Below, in pieces: positions 49,012 through 60,095 of a stretch of DNA of 64,000 bases (its first letter is position 1; each line of letters begins with the position of its first letter). Position numbers and translations under genes: made by a program. The notes under the pieces are model-generated. The model saw only the letters and a program-made list of their open reading frames with translations, was not told the DNA's origin and ran no database searches. The stretch comes from Nitrosomonas sp. (GTDB lineage: Bacteria; Pseudomonadota; Gammaproteobacteria; Burkholderiales; Nitrosomonadaceae), in NCBI GenBank assembly GCA_008015565.1, contig SSFV01000009.1, positions 2,916 through 66,915 on the forward strand, written 5' to 3'.

Positions 49012-49902
49012 ATGAAAATATCTGTTAAACGGCTACTTGTACCTACCCCGTCTGGCGATGGCCAACAAAAAAATCCTCGTTATATCGCCTATACCGACTG
49101 GGGAAGCTCAGATAACTCGCATGTCGTTATTTGTGTTCATGGAATGACGCGAAATTGCCGCGATTTTGACTATTTGGCACGTGCATTACAACACAGTTGC
49201 CGAGTGATTGCAGTGGATATTGTAGGGCGAGGCCAAAGTGATTGGCTGGAGCATGAACGGGATTATGACTACTACCCTTTATATCTTTCAGATGCCATAA
49301 CATTAATCGCGCATATTCAATCGCAATATCAAACGGTAGTTACGTTCGATTGGGTGGGTATTTCCCTGGGTGGCCTAATTGGAATGATTCTAGCGATTCA
49401 ACCTGATCTTCCGGTGCCGGTTAACAAGTTGGTTATGAGCGATATTGGGCCCTTAATTCCTGAAGCTGCGCTTAGGCGTATTGCCGACTATGTAGGCAGA
49501 GATCCTCGTTTCAATAACTTTACTGAATTTAAGCAGTACATGAAAGCAATTTCGGCTTCCTTTGGGCCGCTGACCGAAGAGCAGTGGGATCATATGGCAA
49601 TCCACAGTGCTCGCGATTATGAAGATGGTTCCTATGGATTCCGTTATGACCCAAGAATTGCGATAAGCTTCAAAATTCACGAAATCAGAGATATTTTGCT
49701 ATGGGAGCAGTGGGATCAAGTAACAATTCCTACATTAGTATTGCGCGGCGCAGAATCAGATGTGCTATCGGCGGATACTGCAAAGCAGATGCAAGTTCGT
49801 GGAGCTAAAGCGCACGTTGTCGAATTGGCTGGTGTTGGTCATGCACCGATGTTAATGGAAGAAAAGCAGATAAAAATTGTCCAGGATTTTATTCTTGGCT
49901 AG
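49012..49902 (+). CDS. Alpha/beta hydrolase
   Basis: CVHGMTRNCRDFD, D..GRGQSDW, nucleophile GISLGG, LRGAESD, GVGHAP. Confidence 0.9.
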   Translation: MKISVKRLLVPTPSGDGQQKNPRYIAYTDWGSSDNSHVVICVHGMTRNCRDFDYLARALQHSCRVIAVDIVGRGQSDWLEHERDYDYYPLYLSDAITLIAHIQSQYQTVVTFDWVGISLGGLIGMILAIQPDLPVPVNKLVMSDIGPLIPEAALRRIADYVGRDPRFNNFTEFKQYMKAISASFGPLTEEQWDHMAIHSARDYEDGSYGFRYDPRIAISFKIHEIRDILLWEQWDQVTIPTLVLRGAESDVLSADTAKQMQVRGAKAHVVELAGVGHAPMLMEEKQIKIVQDFILG

Positions 49903-50154
49903 GTGGTTTATCCGATCAGCCAAGCTTGCTAAGCGATGGATGTCTGTTTTGATTGTAAATTAATAGCGCAACGCCATCGAATTCGTAGCATGTAATGACA
50001 GGAGAAGTAAATGACTTAAACGTTCACTGTATCCCGAAATGAGCGATGATTCATTCAAGACGTATTGATTAATTCGTTATCTGATGTAAGTCGTTTTCTT
50101 GCCGGAATATATGTTTTTTACTTAATTGCAAGCTTTATTTAGGGCCTGCTTTTC

Positions 50155-50182
50155 TTGACAAAAGATACAACATCACTATAAT
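50155..50182 (+). promoter_or_regulatory. Consensus sigma70 promoter of the tRNA pair
   Basis: TTGACA-16 nt-TATAAT, about 50 bp before tRNA-Gly. Confidence 0.85.
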
Positions 50183-50230
50183 CCACCCTTTGTTTCTAAA
50201 GCGTTATAAGTCGCGCAGAAACCTCATATT

Positions 50231-50305
50231 GCGGGAATAGCTCAGTGGTAGAGCACAACCTTGCCAAGGTTGGGGTCGCGAGTTCGAGCCTCGTTTCCCG
50301 CTCCA
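50231..50305 (+). tRNA. tRNA-Gly (GCC)
   Basis: GCGGGAA acceptor stem, anticodon arm CAACC-TTGCCAA-GGTTG, GTTCGAG T-loop, encoded CCA. Confidence 0.97.
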
Positions 50306-50415
50306 TTTTCAATAGCAAAATGGTTCTTATGAAATATCGAGTGATTCCGGAACATTGTTTTTTAGAATAATTCCGTACATTCGTTGTCATACATAAGTTG
50401 TTTTAGCATATTTAT

Positions 50416-50489
50416 GGCGGGGTGGCAGAGTGGTCATGCAGCGGCCTGCAAAGCCGTCTACGCCGGTTCGATTCCGACCCCCGCCTCCA
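50416..50489 (+). tRNA. tRNA-Cys (GCA)
   Basis: GGCGGGG acceptor stem, anticodon arm GCGGC-CTGCAAA-GCCGT, GGTTCGATTCC, encoded CCA. Confidence 0.97.
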
Positions 50490-50919
50490 TATACCACCAT
50501 CATCGATAGAGATTCAGAGTAATCTGCAAAACACATTAGTCAAGCTGATCTTATATCAATCGCATTCCCTGGTAATCCAGTTGTTTCACTAGCAGTCATT
50601 AAAAAGATGTATAAAGAATCGTGGTTCTTCGATCGCATAGAGAGTTATCACAGTATGATCCAGAGCGCTTTTGGCTGATCTGGTTTGTAAGACTGCAGCC
50701 TGTGAAAGTGCCTGAACCATTAAGATATAGGACATCCAAGAGACATATATTCATTCTCTTTTATTCGCTGGTTTTAGTGGATGATAGCGACGAATCGAAT
50801 AAGTTAAGGAAGATTGAAATTAATTTTAACGGATTCTGCAATGCTATTGGAAAATCTGGACTGAATGTTCACGTGATCAGATAGAATATTACAATAACGA
50901 TTTCTAACGAGCGCTAATT

Positions 50920-52341
50920 ATGGTATTGCGTAAAATTCTAATTGCTAACCGTGGCGAAATTGCGGTTCGTATCATCCGCGCATGTGCCGAAATGGGCATT
51001 CGCTCCGTTGCTATTTATTCAGAAGCGGATCGTTTTGCTCTGCATATCAAAAAAGCGGATGAATCTTACTGTATTGGCAGCGATCCGATGGCTTGTTATT
51101 TAAACATCCACGCACTGGTTGACTTGGCGCTTGCAACCGGTTGTGATGCGATACATCCGGGTTATGGATTTCTGTCAGAAAATGCTCAATTTGCTCGGGC
51201 ATGTAAGGAACGTGGCTTGATTTTCATAGGACCCGAACCGGAAGTGATCCATCGCATGGGTGATAAAACTGAGGCCCGCAATGCAATGATTGCCGCTGGA
51301 ATTCCTGTAACACCCGGTTCGGATGGTAATCTGCACACACTCGATGAAGCGATAAGCGTTGCGGAGAAAATTGGCTATCCGATCATGCTTAAAGCAACTT
51401 CAGGTGGTGGCGGCCGGGGTATTCGCCGTTGCGACAGTGCTGAAGAGCTGCGTCGTAATTATGCTCGTGTAATTTCAGAGGCGACCAAAGCGTTTGGCAG
51501 CGCCAATGTGTTTCTAGAAAAATGTATAGTCAATCCGCGCCACATTGAAGTGCAAATTCTGGCAGATCACCACGGTAACGTGATTCATCTCTTTGAGCGC
51601 GATTGTTCGATTCAGCGCCGCAATCAAAAACTCGTTGAAATTGCACCATCACCGCAACTCGATGAAGCGCAGCGCCAGTACATCGGCGGTCTTGCAGTAA
51701 TTGCCGCCAAATCGGTCGGTTATACCAATGCGGGTACAATCGAGTTTCTACTGGACGATAGCGGCCGGTTTTATTTCATGGAAATGAATACGCGTGTTCA
51801 AGTCGAGCACACTATCACCGAAACTATTACCGGTGTTGATATTGTCGAGGAGCAAATCTGCGTGGCAGCCGGATTGCCGTTGCGCTACAAGCAAGAAGAA
51901 ATCGTGCGGCGAGGTTACGCGATTCAGTTTCGTATCAATGCCGAAGATCCGAAAAATAATTTTCTCCCCAGTTTTGGCCGTATCTCGCGGTATTATGCGC
52001 CTGGTGGCCCTGGCGTTCGTACTGATACCGCGATTTACACCGGCTATGAAGTCCCCCCTTTTTACGACTCGATGGTGGCGAAGGTAATAGTCAGCGCGCT
52101 CACCTGGGAAGATGTCATCAAGCGCGGTCAGCGTACGTTGCGCGATATGGGATTGTTTGGCATCAAAACAACCATTCCGTTTTATTTGAAGATTCTGAAA
52201 CATCCCCAATTTCGCAGTGGAAAATTCAATACCGGATTCGTCGAGCAAAATCCGAATCTGATCAATTATTCCGATAAACCCCGGCCTGAAGTGCTGGCTA
52301 GCGTGATTGCCGCGGTAGTCGCTTCGCACACCGGCTTATAG
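50920..52341 (+). CDS. pycA: Pyruvate carboxylase subunit A (biotin carboxylase)
   Basis: KILIANRGEIAVR, HPGYGFLSEN, GGGGRG, ERDCSIQRRNQK, EMNTRVQVEH, RINAEDP; paired with a carboxyltransferase-biotin subunit. Confidence 0.88.
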   Translation: MVLRKILIANRGEIAVRIIRACAEMGIRSVAIYSEADRFALHIKKADESYCIGSDPMACYLNIHALVDLALATGCDAIHPGYGFLSENAQFARACKERGLIFIGPEPEVIHRMGDKTEARNAMIAAGIPVTPGSDGNLHTLDEAISVAEKIGYPIMLKATSGGGGRGIRRCDSAEELRRNYARVISEATKAFGSANVFLEKCIVNPRHIEVQILADHHGNVIHLFERDCSIQRRNQKLVEIAPSPQLDEAQRQYIGGLAVIAAKSVGYTNAGTIEFLLDDSGRFYFMEMNTRVQVEHTITETITGVDIVEEQICVAAGLPLRYKQEEIVRRGYAIQFRINAEDPKNNFLPSFGRISRYYAPGGPGVRTDTAIYTGYEVPPFYDSMVAKVIVSALTWEDVIKRGQRTLRDMGLFGIKTTIPFYLKILKHPQFRSGKFNTGFVEQNPNLINYSDKPRPEVLASVIAAVVASHTGL

Positions 52342-52369
52342 TTACCGAATTGGTTCAGTAAGGAAAATC

Positions 52370-54193
52370 ATGCAAAAAGTTCATATCACTGATGTTATTC
52401 TGCGCGATGCGCACCAATCTCTGATTGCTACCCGGTTGCGTACCGAAGACATGCTGCCGGCTTGTCAGATGCTTGATAACATCGGCTATTGGTCGTTGGA
52501 ATGCTGGGGCGGCGCAACCTTTGACGCATGCTTGCGTTTTCTGAAAGAAGACCCATGGGAGCGCCTGAGTAAACTAAAAGCCGCATTACCAAATACGCCA
52601 TTGCAAATGCTGCTGCGTGGCCAGAATTTACTCGGCTATCGTCATTATTCCGACGATGTAGTACGAGCGTTTGTAAGCCGTGCAGCCACGAATGGCATGG
52701 ATGTTTTCCGTATCTTTGATGCTTTAAACGATGTGCGCAATCTTAAAACCGCGATTGAGGCCACTAAGGAATCGGGTAAACATGCACAAGGCACGATCTG
52801 TTACACCACCAGCCCAGTACATAATGTCAGCAGTTTCGTCGCATTGGCAAAAGAGCTGGCTGATATGGGTTGCGACTCGATAGCGATCAAAGATATGGCC
52901 GGATTGTTAACGCCTTATGTCACGAGTGAGCTGGTTAAAGCATTGCAAGATACCGTCGATGTGCCGATCCATTTGCATTGTCACGCCACCGCCGGTTTGG
53001 CGGAAATGTGCCAACTCAAGGCTATTGAGGCAGGTTGCCGCCATATCGATACAGCATTGTCGTCCTGGTCGGGTGGCACCAGTCATCCGCCAACCGAAAG
53101 CCTGGTAATGGCATTACAAAGCACGGATTATGATTCGGGTTTAGATTTGCAAAAACTTCAGGCAGTGAATGATTACTTCGCTCAGATGCGTAAAAAATAC
53201 CACCGCTTCGAGAGCGAATTTACCGGGGTCGATACCCGTGTGCATATCTTTCAAGTACCTGGCGGTATGATTTCCAATCTGGCTAACCAATTGCAAGAAC
53301 GTAACGCGCTGGATCGCATCAACGAGGTTTACGCAGAAATCCCTCGTGTGCGCAAGGACTTGGGTTATCCGCCATTGGTCACGCCGACATCGCAAATTGT
53401 TGGCACACAAGCCGTGCTTAATGTGCTGACCGGTAAGCGTTATGAAACCATAACCAACGAAGTCAAACGCTACCTTCAAGGTGGCTACGGTAAAGCGCCG
53501 GCACCGATCGATATCGATTTACAGAAACGTGCCATTGGTAAAGAAGATGTCATCGATTGCCGTCCTGCCGATTTGCTGAAACCGGAATTCGAGCATCTGC
53601 GCCGTGAAATTGGCCATTTGGCGTTGAGCGACGAAGATGTATTGAGTTACGCGATGTTTCCGGAAGTCGGTAAGCAATTCTTAGAATTACGTTCAATCGG
53701 CCACTTAGTGCCAGAACCGCTTGAACTTGCAGTTGCGAGTGGGGGAGTGCAAAAAGCACCAACCGAATTCAACGTCGCGCTACATGGCGAGTCATATCAT
53801 ATTAAAGTCACCGGTACTGGCCCGAAGAATGACACGCTTCGCCATTTTTATTTCATGGTCGACGGAATTCCCGAAGAAATCGTAGTCGAGACGCTTGATG
53901 AAATCGTGTTGGATGGCGGTACACAAGGCCCGGTCAAAAGCGCTATTGGCAGCAAACGCCGCCGCCCCGCTGATGAGGGTGACATTGTTGTCAGCATGCC
54001 TTGCAACATTCTGGATGTGCTGGTCAAAGTCGACCAAAAAGTTACTGCAGGGCAATCGGTGCTGATTACAGAAGCTATGAAAATGGAAACCGAAATTACC
54101 GCACCCATATCTGGCATTGTCAAAGCCGTACACGTCATTAAAGGCGAATCGGTGAATCCGAACGAGGTATTGATTGAGATTGTGGCAGCGTGA
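52370..54193 (+). CDS. pycB: Pyruvate carboxylase subunit B (carboxyltransferase + biotin carrier; OadA-like)
   Basis: LRDAHQS, WGGATFD, IKDMAG, HCH, PGGMISN, VTPTSQIVG, biotinyl EAMKME; no oadB/oadG adjacent. Confidence 0.88.
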   Translation: MQKVHITDVILRDAHQSLIATRLRTEDMLPACQMLDNIGYWSLECWGGATFDACLRFLKEDPWERLSKLKAALPNTPLQMLLRGQNLLGYRHYSDDVVRAFVSRAATNGMDVFRIFDALNDVRNLKTAIEATKESGKHAQGTICYTTSPVHNVSSFVALAKELADMGCDSIAIKDMAGLLTPYVTSELVKALQDTVDVPIHLHCHATAGLAEMCQLKAIEAGCRHIDTALSSWSGGTSHPPTESLVMALQSTDYDSGLDLQKLQAVNDYFAQMRKKYHRFESEFTGVDTRVHIFQVPGGMISNLANQLQERNALDRINEVYAEIPRVRKDLGYPPLVTPTSQIVGTQAVLNVLTGKRYETITNEVKRYLQGGYGKAPAPIDIDLQKRAIGKEDVIDCRPADLLKPEFEHLRREIGHLALSDEDVLSYAMFPEVGKQFLELRSIGHLVPEPLELAVASGGVQKAPTEFNVALHGESYHIKVTGTGPKNDTLRHFYFMVDGIPEEIVVETLDEIVLDGGTQGPVKSAIGSKRRRPADEGDIVVSMPCNILDVLVKVDQKVTAGQSVLITEAMKMETEITAPISGIVKAVHVIKGESVNPNEVLIEIVAA

Positions 54194-54309
54194 TGATTCG
54201 ATTCTGCCGCCCCGGTCCCGTCAAGTACTAATTGCCAAGAGCAATTTTAAGTAGCTAATCCTGGATTGCCGTCAACTAATTGATAATACGTTATAAATAT
54301 AATTTATCA

Positions 54310-54756
54310 TCACCATGCGGCTGGCGCCTTATTCAATCCATGAACCTGTACACCGGGATGAATTTTTCTCGCTGAAAACCAGCCTCGCTTCATTTCCAGG
54401 GCATATCTAGCTAAACCTGAGGAAGTGTGAGCAATTTGGGTTTGCGGTTGCATATTTGCAATATTGAGAATGATGCCGCGTTCATCGATGAATGCCACGC
54501 TCAAAGGAATGTAAGTATCTTTCATCCACATACTATGAAAACCAGATTCAGGAAAAATAAATAACATACCGGTATTTTCATCCAATTCTTTGCGATGCAT
54601 TAACCCTCGAGAGCGTGAGAGCGGTGTATGCGCCACTTCAACCGAAATCAAATAGCCTGATATTGTCAATGAAATGATACGTTCTTTTGAAGAATGCACA
54701 TCAATTGGTACCATTATCAGTACAGCAAAAACTGTCACAAAGAAACGCATTGTCAA
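54310..54756 (-). CDS. DUF192 domain protein
   Basis: VEVAHT...RGLMHR.EL....[27 protein letters not shown]. Confidence 0.9.
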   Translation of the reverse strand: MTMRFFVTVFAVLIMVPIDVHSSKERIISLTISGYLISVEVAHTPLSRSRGLMHRKELDENTGMLFIFPESGFHSMWMKDTYIPLSVAFIDERGIILNIANMQPQTQIAHTSSGLARYALEMKRGWFSARKIHPGVQVHGLNKAPAAW

Positions 54757-55202
54757 TGTTTACCTGTACTGCCGAAGCCACCTTCACCTCGATGACTTAA
54801 AACAAAATCATCCACCAGATTGAATTCAACCTGAATAATTGGCACTATCACCAGTTGAGCAATTCGCTCAAGCGGATTAAGTTGAAAGGGGTTATGACTA
54901 CGATTCCAGCAAGACACTAAGATCTGTCCTTGATAATCCGAGTCTATCAAACCGACCAAATTCCCTAATACGATACCATGTTTGTGGCCAAGCCCAGAAC
55001 GCGGCAATACCAATGCTGCCATTCCTGTATCGGTGAGATGTACAGCTATGCCTGTAGGAATAAGGTTGGTTTCCCCTGGATTGATTGTAAGGGACTGTTC
55101 AATGCAAGCACGTAAATCTAATCCTGCTGAACCCGGTGTTGCATAGGCAGGCGGTTGTTCTTTTAGGCGCTTGTCTAAAATTTTGATATCAATTTTTTTC
55201 AT
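54753..55202 (-). CDS. dut: dUTP diphosphatase
   Basis: [41 protein letters not shown]. Confidence 0.98.
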   Translation of the reverse strand: MKKIDIKILDKRLKEQPPAYATPGSAGLDLRACIEQSLTINPGETNLIPTGIAVHLTDTGMAALVLPRSGLGHKHGIVLGNLVGLIDSDYQGQILVSCWNRSHNPFQLNPLERIAQLVIVPIIQVEFNLVDDFVLSHRGEGGFGSTGKH

Positions 55203-55216
55203 TTATTATGGTCAGA

Positions 55217-56425
55217 TTATTTATTTTGCTTATAAAGCAAATAAATATGGTTTATCAATTGCCTAGCCTGCTCAATTTTTGATGCTTTCGGTAGTACATG
55301 TTTTCCGTTATCATCAAATACTATAAGTTCAACCCCGTCCGAACCAATGGCATATTGGGCAAGATTTGCAACTAAGAGGGGTAATTTCTTTTTTTGCCGC
55401 TTCATTTGGGCATTTTTATCGAGATTCTCCGTTTCTGCAGCAAAGCCAACGCAAAATGGCGGCTCAGGTAGATTGGATACCGTCATCAAAATATCAGGAT
55501 TGGGAATCAGTTCGATAGAGATTTTTTTATTAGCTTTTTTTAGCTTATGCGAACTAACTTCTGCGACACGGTAATCAGCAACCGCTGCCACGCTAATGAA
55601 AATGTCTACTTCAGATATTCCGGCTTGCACAGCGCGTAACATTTCGTTTGCACTCACAACCGGAATGAATTTATTTACTGCGGGTGCATTTAAACACACG
55701 GGACCTGAAACAAGCGTAACCTTCGCACCTGCCTCTGTGGCTGCTTGCGCAATAGCGTATCCCATTTTTCCAGAACTTTTGTTCGTTATTCCGCGCACAG
55801 GGTCCATTGCTTCAAAAGTTGGTCCTGCTGTCACCATTACATGCTTATTTTGCAACAATTTCCCAGCCTGCAAGGCAAACCGTACCGCTTCTGCCAATTC
55901 ATGTGCTTCTAGCATTCGCCCCATCCCGGTTTCGCCGCATGCCTGCTCACCGCTAGCAGGACCGATAATTTTGATGCCATCCCGTTGCAATGCCATTAAA
56001 TTTCGCTGCGTTGCAGGATTCTCCCACATCTGCCGGTTCATTGCAGGAGCTATCAAGAGTTGACAATCACGCGCCAAACAGAGTGTTGTTAATAAGTTGT
56101 CTGCTATACCATTGGCAAGTTTCGCAATAAAATTAGCACTCGCTGGCGCTACCAGAATCATTTCCGCATTACGGGATAAATTAATATGAGCCATATTAGT
56201 TTCTGTATTGGTTTCCCACATATCAATATGAACCGGATTTCCAGTTAACGATTGAAAGGTTACTGGTCCTACAAAGCGGCGCGCAGATTCGGTCATGACT
56301 ACATGCACATCAGATCCGTTCTGGGTTAACAGGCGAGCCAATTCTGCAACTTTATAAACAGCAATCCCTCCGGTTATACCCAGTAACAAGCGCTCTTTCG
56401 AGAGAGAATTTACATATGTCGTCAT
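55217..56425 (-). CDS. coaBC: Phosphopantothenoylcysteine decarboxylase/ligase
   Basis: GITGGIAVYK, APASANFIAK, PAMNRQMW, QACGETG.GRM, TAGPT.E..DPVR.I.N.SSGKMG, GFAAET. Start taken at 56425. Confidence 0.96.
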   Translation of the reverse strand: MTTYVNSLSKERLLLGITGGIAVYKVAELARLLTQNGSDVHVVMTESARRFVGPVTFQSLTGNPVHIDMWETNTETNMAHINLSRNAEMILVAPASANFIAKLANGIADNLLTTLCLARDCQLLIAPAMNRQMWENPATQRNLMALQRDGIKIIGPASGEQACGETGMGRMLEAHELAEAVRFALQAGKLLQNKHVMVTAGPTFEAMDPVRGITNKSSGKMGYAIAQAATEAGAKVTLVSGPVCLNAPAVNKFIPVVSANEMLRAVQAGISEVDIFISVAAVADYRVAEVSSHKLKKANKKISIELIPNPDILMTVSNLPEPPFCVGFAAETENLDKNAQMKRQKKKLPLLVANLAQYAIGSDGVELIVFDDNGKHVLPKASKIEQARQLINHIYLLYKQNK

Positions 56426-56634
56426 AGCGGAATATTTTCCTGAATAAGTTACTGAATAAGCTGTGTCTTCAGAATGAATCGAATCATACAAGAATTAATC
56501 GCAATAAAACGATTGATTTGCTCGCTTGTTTTAAAAGAGTTGCGTTATCTGCCGTTATTAGCATAATAAAAATGCTAATCAAATAGTCATTATTAAGCTA
56601 ATACTTTATATAACTCAGCTATCAACAATCTTCC

Positions 56635-57309
56635 ATGGCAATTCCAGACTGGCCATTATCCGATAGACCACGTGAAAAGCTGCTTATGAAAGGTGCTGCG
56701 GCCCTTTCAGACACTGAATTACTCGCCATCTTTCTACGTACTGGTATCACAGGAAAAAGCGCTGTGGATCTTGCGAGAGAGTTGCTTTTACATTTTGGCA
56801 GCTTAACTAATATTTTCTCAGCCAGTCAAGCCAGCTTTTGTCAAATACCCGGTCTGGGTGTAGCCAAATACTCACAGCTGCAGGCTGTGCTAGAAATGGC
56901 TCGCCGTGCACTAGGAGAAGAATTGAAAAAAAGCGATGCCATGAATTCTCCACAACTTGCCCGAGATTTTCTATGCTTGAGTTTGGCAAATAAAGAGCAT
57001 GAAGTATTCGTGGGTGTTTTTCTTGATACACAAAATCGCACTATTGCAATAGAAGAATTATTTAAGGGTACATTGACACAGACTAGCGTATATCCTCGAG
57101 AAATAATCAAACGCGCTTTATATCACAATGCCGCGGCAATGATTTTTGCTCACAACCATCCATCGGGTACGACCACACCAAGTCATGCCGACAAGGTGTT
57201 AACCCAATCTTTAAAACAAGCTCTGGCAATGATTGATATTAAAGTACTTGATCATTTTATAATTGGCAGCGGTACCGCTATGTCTTTTTCTGAACATAAT
57301 CTAATTTAA
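56635..57309 (+). CDS. radC: RadC/YicR JAB-domain protein
   Basis: [41 protein letters not shown]. Confidence 0.95.
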   Translation: MAIPDWPLSDRPREKLLMKGAAALSDTELLAIFLRTGITGKSAVDLARELLLHFGSLTNIFSASQASFCQIPGLGVAKYSQLQAVLEMARRALGEELKKSDAMNSPQLARDFLCLSLANKEHEVFVGVFLDTQNRTIAIEELFKGTLTQTSVYPREIIKRALYHNAAAMIFAHNHPSGTTTPSHADKVLTQSLKQALAMIDIKVLDHFIIGSGTAMSFSEHNLI

Positions 57310-57433
57310 ATCTATACGATACGTTAGACGATATTTCCGTTTTATTTGATCTGGATAATTAATTCATTGTATTTGAACAAGTACAGTAAAACAGGATAAA
57401 ATATGCGTTTTTAGAATTTTGGAGTGCGATAAA

Positions 57434-57670
57434 ATGGCACGAGTATGTCAAGTAACTGGCAAAAAACCAATGTCAGGTCATAATGTTTCTCATGCAAATA
57501 ATAAAACTAAAAGGCGATTTTTGCCTAATTTGCAACGTCGTAGATTTTGGGTTGAAAGTGAAAATCGCTGGATTAGTTTACGCTTATCAAATGCTGCTTT
57601 ACGCACGATAGATAAAAATGGTATTGATGCAGTGCTGGCTCAATTGCGCCTGCAAAACAAAAACATTTAG
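57434..57670 (+). CDS. rpmB: 50S ribosomal protein L28
   Basis: [33 protein letters not shown]. Confidence 0.98.
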   Translation: MARVCQVTGKKPMSGHNVSHANNKTKRRFLPNLQRRRFWVESENRWISLRLSNAALRTIDKNGIDAVLAQLRLQNKNI

Positions 57671-57717
57671 AATTCAAAAAACTTGCAATTGCATAGTTAA
57701 ATTAAGGAGTAATCAGA

Positions 57718-57873
57718 ATGCGTGAAAAGATTAAGCTTGAATCTTCAGCAGGAACGGGTCATTTTTATACAACTACTAAGAATAAGCGCGCGCACCCCGA
57801 AAAAATGGAATTGAAAAAATATGATCCTGTTGTTCGCAAGCACGTAATCTATAAAGAAACCAAATTAAAATAA
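57718..57873 (+). CDS. rpmG: 50S ribosomal protein L33 (51 aa, not in ORF track)
   Basis: [51 protein letters not shown]; RBS AAGGAG. Confidence 0.98.
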   Translation: MREKIKLESSAGTGHFYTTTKNKRAHPEKMELKKYDPVVRKHVIYKETKLK

Positions 57874-57875
57874 AA

Positions 57876-57908
57876 AAGCCCGCAATACATTAACATTATT
57901 GCGGGCTT
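57876..57908. terminator. Bidirectional terminator between rpmG and the desaturase
   Basis: AAGCCCGCAATA-9 nt-TATTGCGGGCTT; A tract on the left gives a U tract for the - strand. Confidence 0.8.
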
Positions 57909-57950
57909 ATAAGATTAGGAGTCAGTCTTAAGGTTTTAATTTATAAGCTG

Positions 57951-59147
57951 CTATGCATAGCAGCGTAGTCTTTGTGAGAAAGTTCTCAATACTTCAATTC
58001 CACTTTCTTCTGCACGCCGACACCAATCTTCGAGTTGCTTCACCAATTCCTCTGTTGAGGCTGTAGAGCGCTGCCAGATTTCTGCTAACTCCTCACGCAT
58101 GGTATAGAGTTTGTCAAGTGTTTTAGCATTGCTATTACTTAATACTTGACTTAATTTTTCGCGCTCATGTTGTTGCAGCGTTTTGGAATCAGCCAAGATC
58201 CAGTGCTTTAAAGTGGACTTATCTATACCATACTGCGCACCGACTTCTTTCAAGTGAGTAATTTCGTTCGCAAATGTGGTCTTAAGCGATTGGGTATACT
58301 TTGCCAATATTTCATAGCGATGAGAAATCACTGCCTGTAACGTATCTAGGTCACATTCTGTTTTCTTTTTATCGATACGTAATTTCGGTGCAGTTTTCTT
58401 CACTTTTGCAAGTCCCATCATTTCTAAGATACGAATATATAACCATCCGATATCAAATTCATACCATTTATTGGATAATCGTGCTGATGTTGCATAAGCG
58501 TGGTGATTATTATGCAGCTCCTCACCACCGATTAAGATGCCCCACGGAACTATATTTCTACTGGCGTCTTCCGCTTGGAAATTCCGATAACCCCAGTAAT
58601 GGCCAACACCATTGATCACTCCTGCGGCAAAAACAGGTGCCCATAGCATTTGAATTGCCCATATCGTTATCCCGATCGGACCAAACAAAAGTACATTAAT
58701 AATCAGCATTAGTGAAACTCCTTTTGCACTATGCTTGCTATATATATTTCTCTCTAGCCAATCGTCGGGGGTGCCGTATCCGTACCTTTTGAGAGTTTCT
58801 TCATTTTTTGCTTCAGTCCTATAAAGCTCGGAGCCTTCAGCTAAAACTTTCTTGATGCCATAAATAACAGGGCTATGCGGATCATCCTTGGTTTCACATT
58901 TTGCATGGTGTTTACGATGCACCGCAGTCCATTGCTTTGTCACCATTCCGGTAGTAAGCCACAACCAGAAACGAAAGAAATGACTAGCAATTGGATGTAA
59001 TTCCAATGCACGGTGTGCTGAATGCCGGTGAAGATAGATAGTAATTGAAGCAATTGTAATATGCGTCAGCACCAAGGTAACAACGACATATCCCCACCAT
59101 GGCAAGTCAATTGCACCTGAAACTAAAATAAGAAAATCAGAAATCAT
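57951..59147 (-). CDS. Membrane fatty-acid (delta-9-type) desaturase with C-terminal extension
   Basis: Three His boxes HRHSAH, HRKHH and HNNHH; W.EFDIGW. Start taken at ATG 59147. Confidence 0.92.
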   Translation of the reverse strand: MISDFLILVSGAIDLPWWGYVVVTLVLTHITIASITIYLHRHSAHRALELHPIASHFFRFWLWLTTGMVTKQWTAVHRKHHAKCETKDDPHSPVIYGIKKVLAEGSELYRTEAKNEETLKRYGYGTPDDWLERNIYSKHSAKGVSLMLIINVLLFGPIGITIWAIQMLWAPVFAAGVINGVGHYWGYRNFQAEDASRNIVPWGILIGGEELHNNHHAYATSARLSNKWYEFDIGWLYIRILEMMGLAKVKKTAPKLRIDKKKTECDLDTLQAVISHRYEILAKYTQSLKTTFANEITHLKEVGAQYGIDKSTLKHWILADSKTLQQHEREKLSQVLSNSNAKTLDKLYTMREELAEIWQRSTASTEELVKQLEDWCRRAEESGIEVLRTFSQRLRCYA

Positions 59148-59607
59148 AAAATTATCATCCTTTTGTAAGTCTACTAAAAGCAAACTCGGGAGCTAAGAAA
59201 AACTACGCAAACAACTAAACCAAATTTTAAATTAAATGCTTATAAAAAAATTGTTCATTTAACAGCAGATTTTTTTAACCTGCGCTTTTTGGTAAAACTA
59301 AACTATTATATTAACTTATAAAAAAAATCAAGTATTAATCTGTATCAATAAAATACCCTAAATAATATCTTGGAAAATCTGATTAAAAAACGTATCTATC
59401 AATGTTACTTTCCAAAACAATTTTTTATTTCAAATTAAGATGCACGAATTAGTATAATACTTTTTTTTTAGCTAAAAGAAATAATCTAGCCTCAAAATTA
59501 TTGTTTAGGGAAATGTTAATGTTAATTTAGTTATCAAGTATAAAAAGTATAAACTGTTCGAAACGTGGTTGGCGCGACATATCAAATGAACAAGTTAAGT
59601 TAATCAA

Positions 59608-60060
59608 TCACACCATTTCAGGATAGATTACTGTATGCAATATTGATTCAATCTCATCACAGTCTTTCTTGCACTTTATCCACCATACAGATCCTTTTTT
59701 TACGCTCAACCCCGGCGGAATTGCCGGAATTAAATGATTGGCAACTTCACCCAATGTTGGCTGATGGCCTATGATCAAAACTGGACGCTGAGAATATGGC
59801 CAATTTGCGGCAGTAAGAATGTCACTAAAGCTTGCGCCAGGTCCAATCTCAATATTTGTCATAAAGTTAGTTGTTAGTGCAGAGGCGGTTTGCTGGGTAC
59901 GTAGCGCGGGACTCGCTATTACCAGCGTATTTTCCGGTAACTTTGATTTAAGCCAGCTTGCCATGCGACTCGCTTGATCGATTCCTTTCTTCGTCAATTT
60001 ACGTGACATATCCGGAAAACTATCCTCTGCTTCGGCGTGACGCCATAAGATCAAATCCAT
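59608..60060 (-). CDS. sixA: Phosphohistidine phosphatase
   Basis: LILWRHAEAE, R.LT.KG, ASPALRTQQTA, IGHQP. Confidence 0.9.
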   Translation of the reverse strand: MDLILWRHAEAEDSFPDMSRKLTKKGIDQASRMASWLKSKLPENTLVIASPALRTQQTASALTTNFMTNIEIGPGASFSDILTAANWPYSQRPVLIIGHQPTLGEVANHLIPAIPPGLSVKKGSVWWIKCKKDCDEIESILHTVIYPEMV

Positions 60061-60095
60061 ATTGCTACCATTTTATAAAAAAATTTTGTTGACAT

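Noticed and set aside
50621-50884. 87-aa ORF between tRNA-Cys and pycA
   Set aside because: Non-ATG start, no family resemblance, and it occupies the probable pycA promoter region.
50231-50919. tRNA-Gly/tRNA-Cys as an integration site for a genomic island
   Set aside because: No integrase is nearby and I saw no duplicated tRNA 3' end in the window (read by eye, not searched). Flanking genes are ordinary metabolism.
52370-54193. Na+-translocating oxaloacetate decarboxylase
   Set aside because: No oadB or oadG membrane subunits are adjacent, and the gene is paired with a biotin carboxylase, which fits pyruvate carboxylase.
56635-57309. RadC/JAB protein as a mobile-element or anti-phage component
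   Set aside because: It is the full-length form in the standard coaBC/dut-radC-rpmB-rpmG context, with no nucleotidyltransferase, E1/E2 or mobile genes adjacent.
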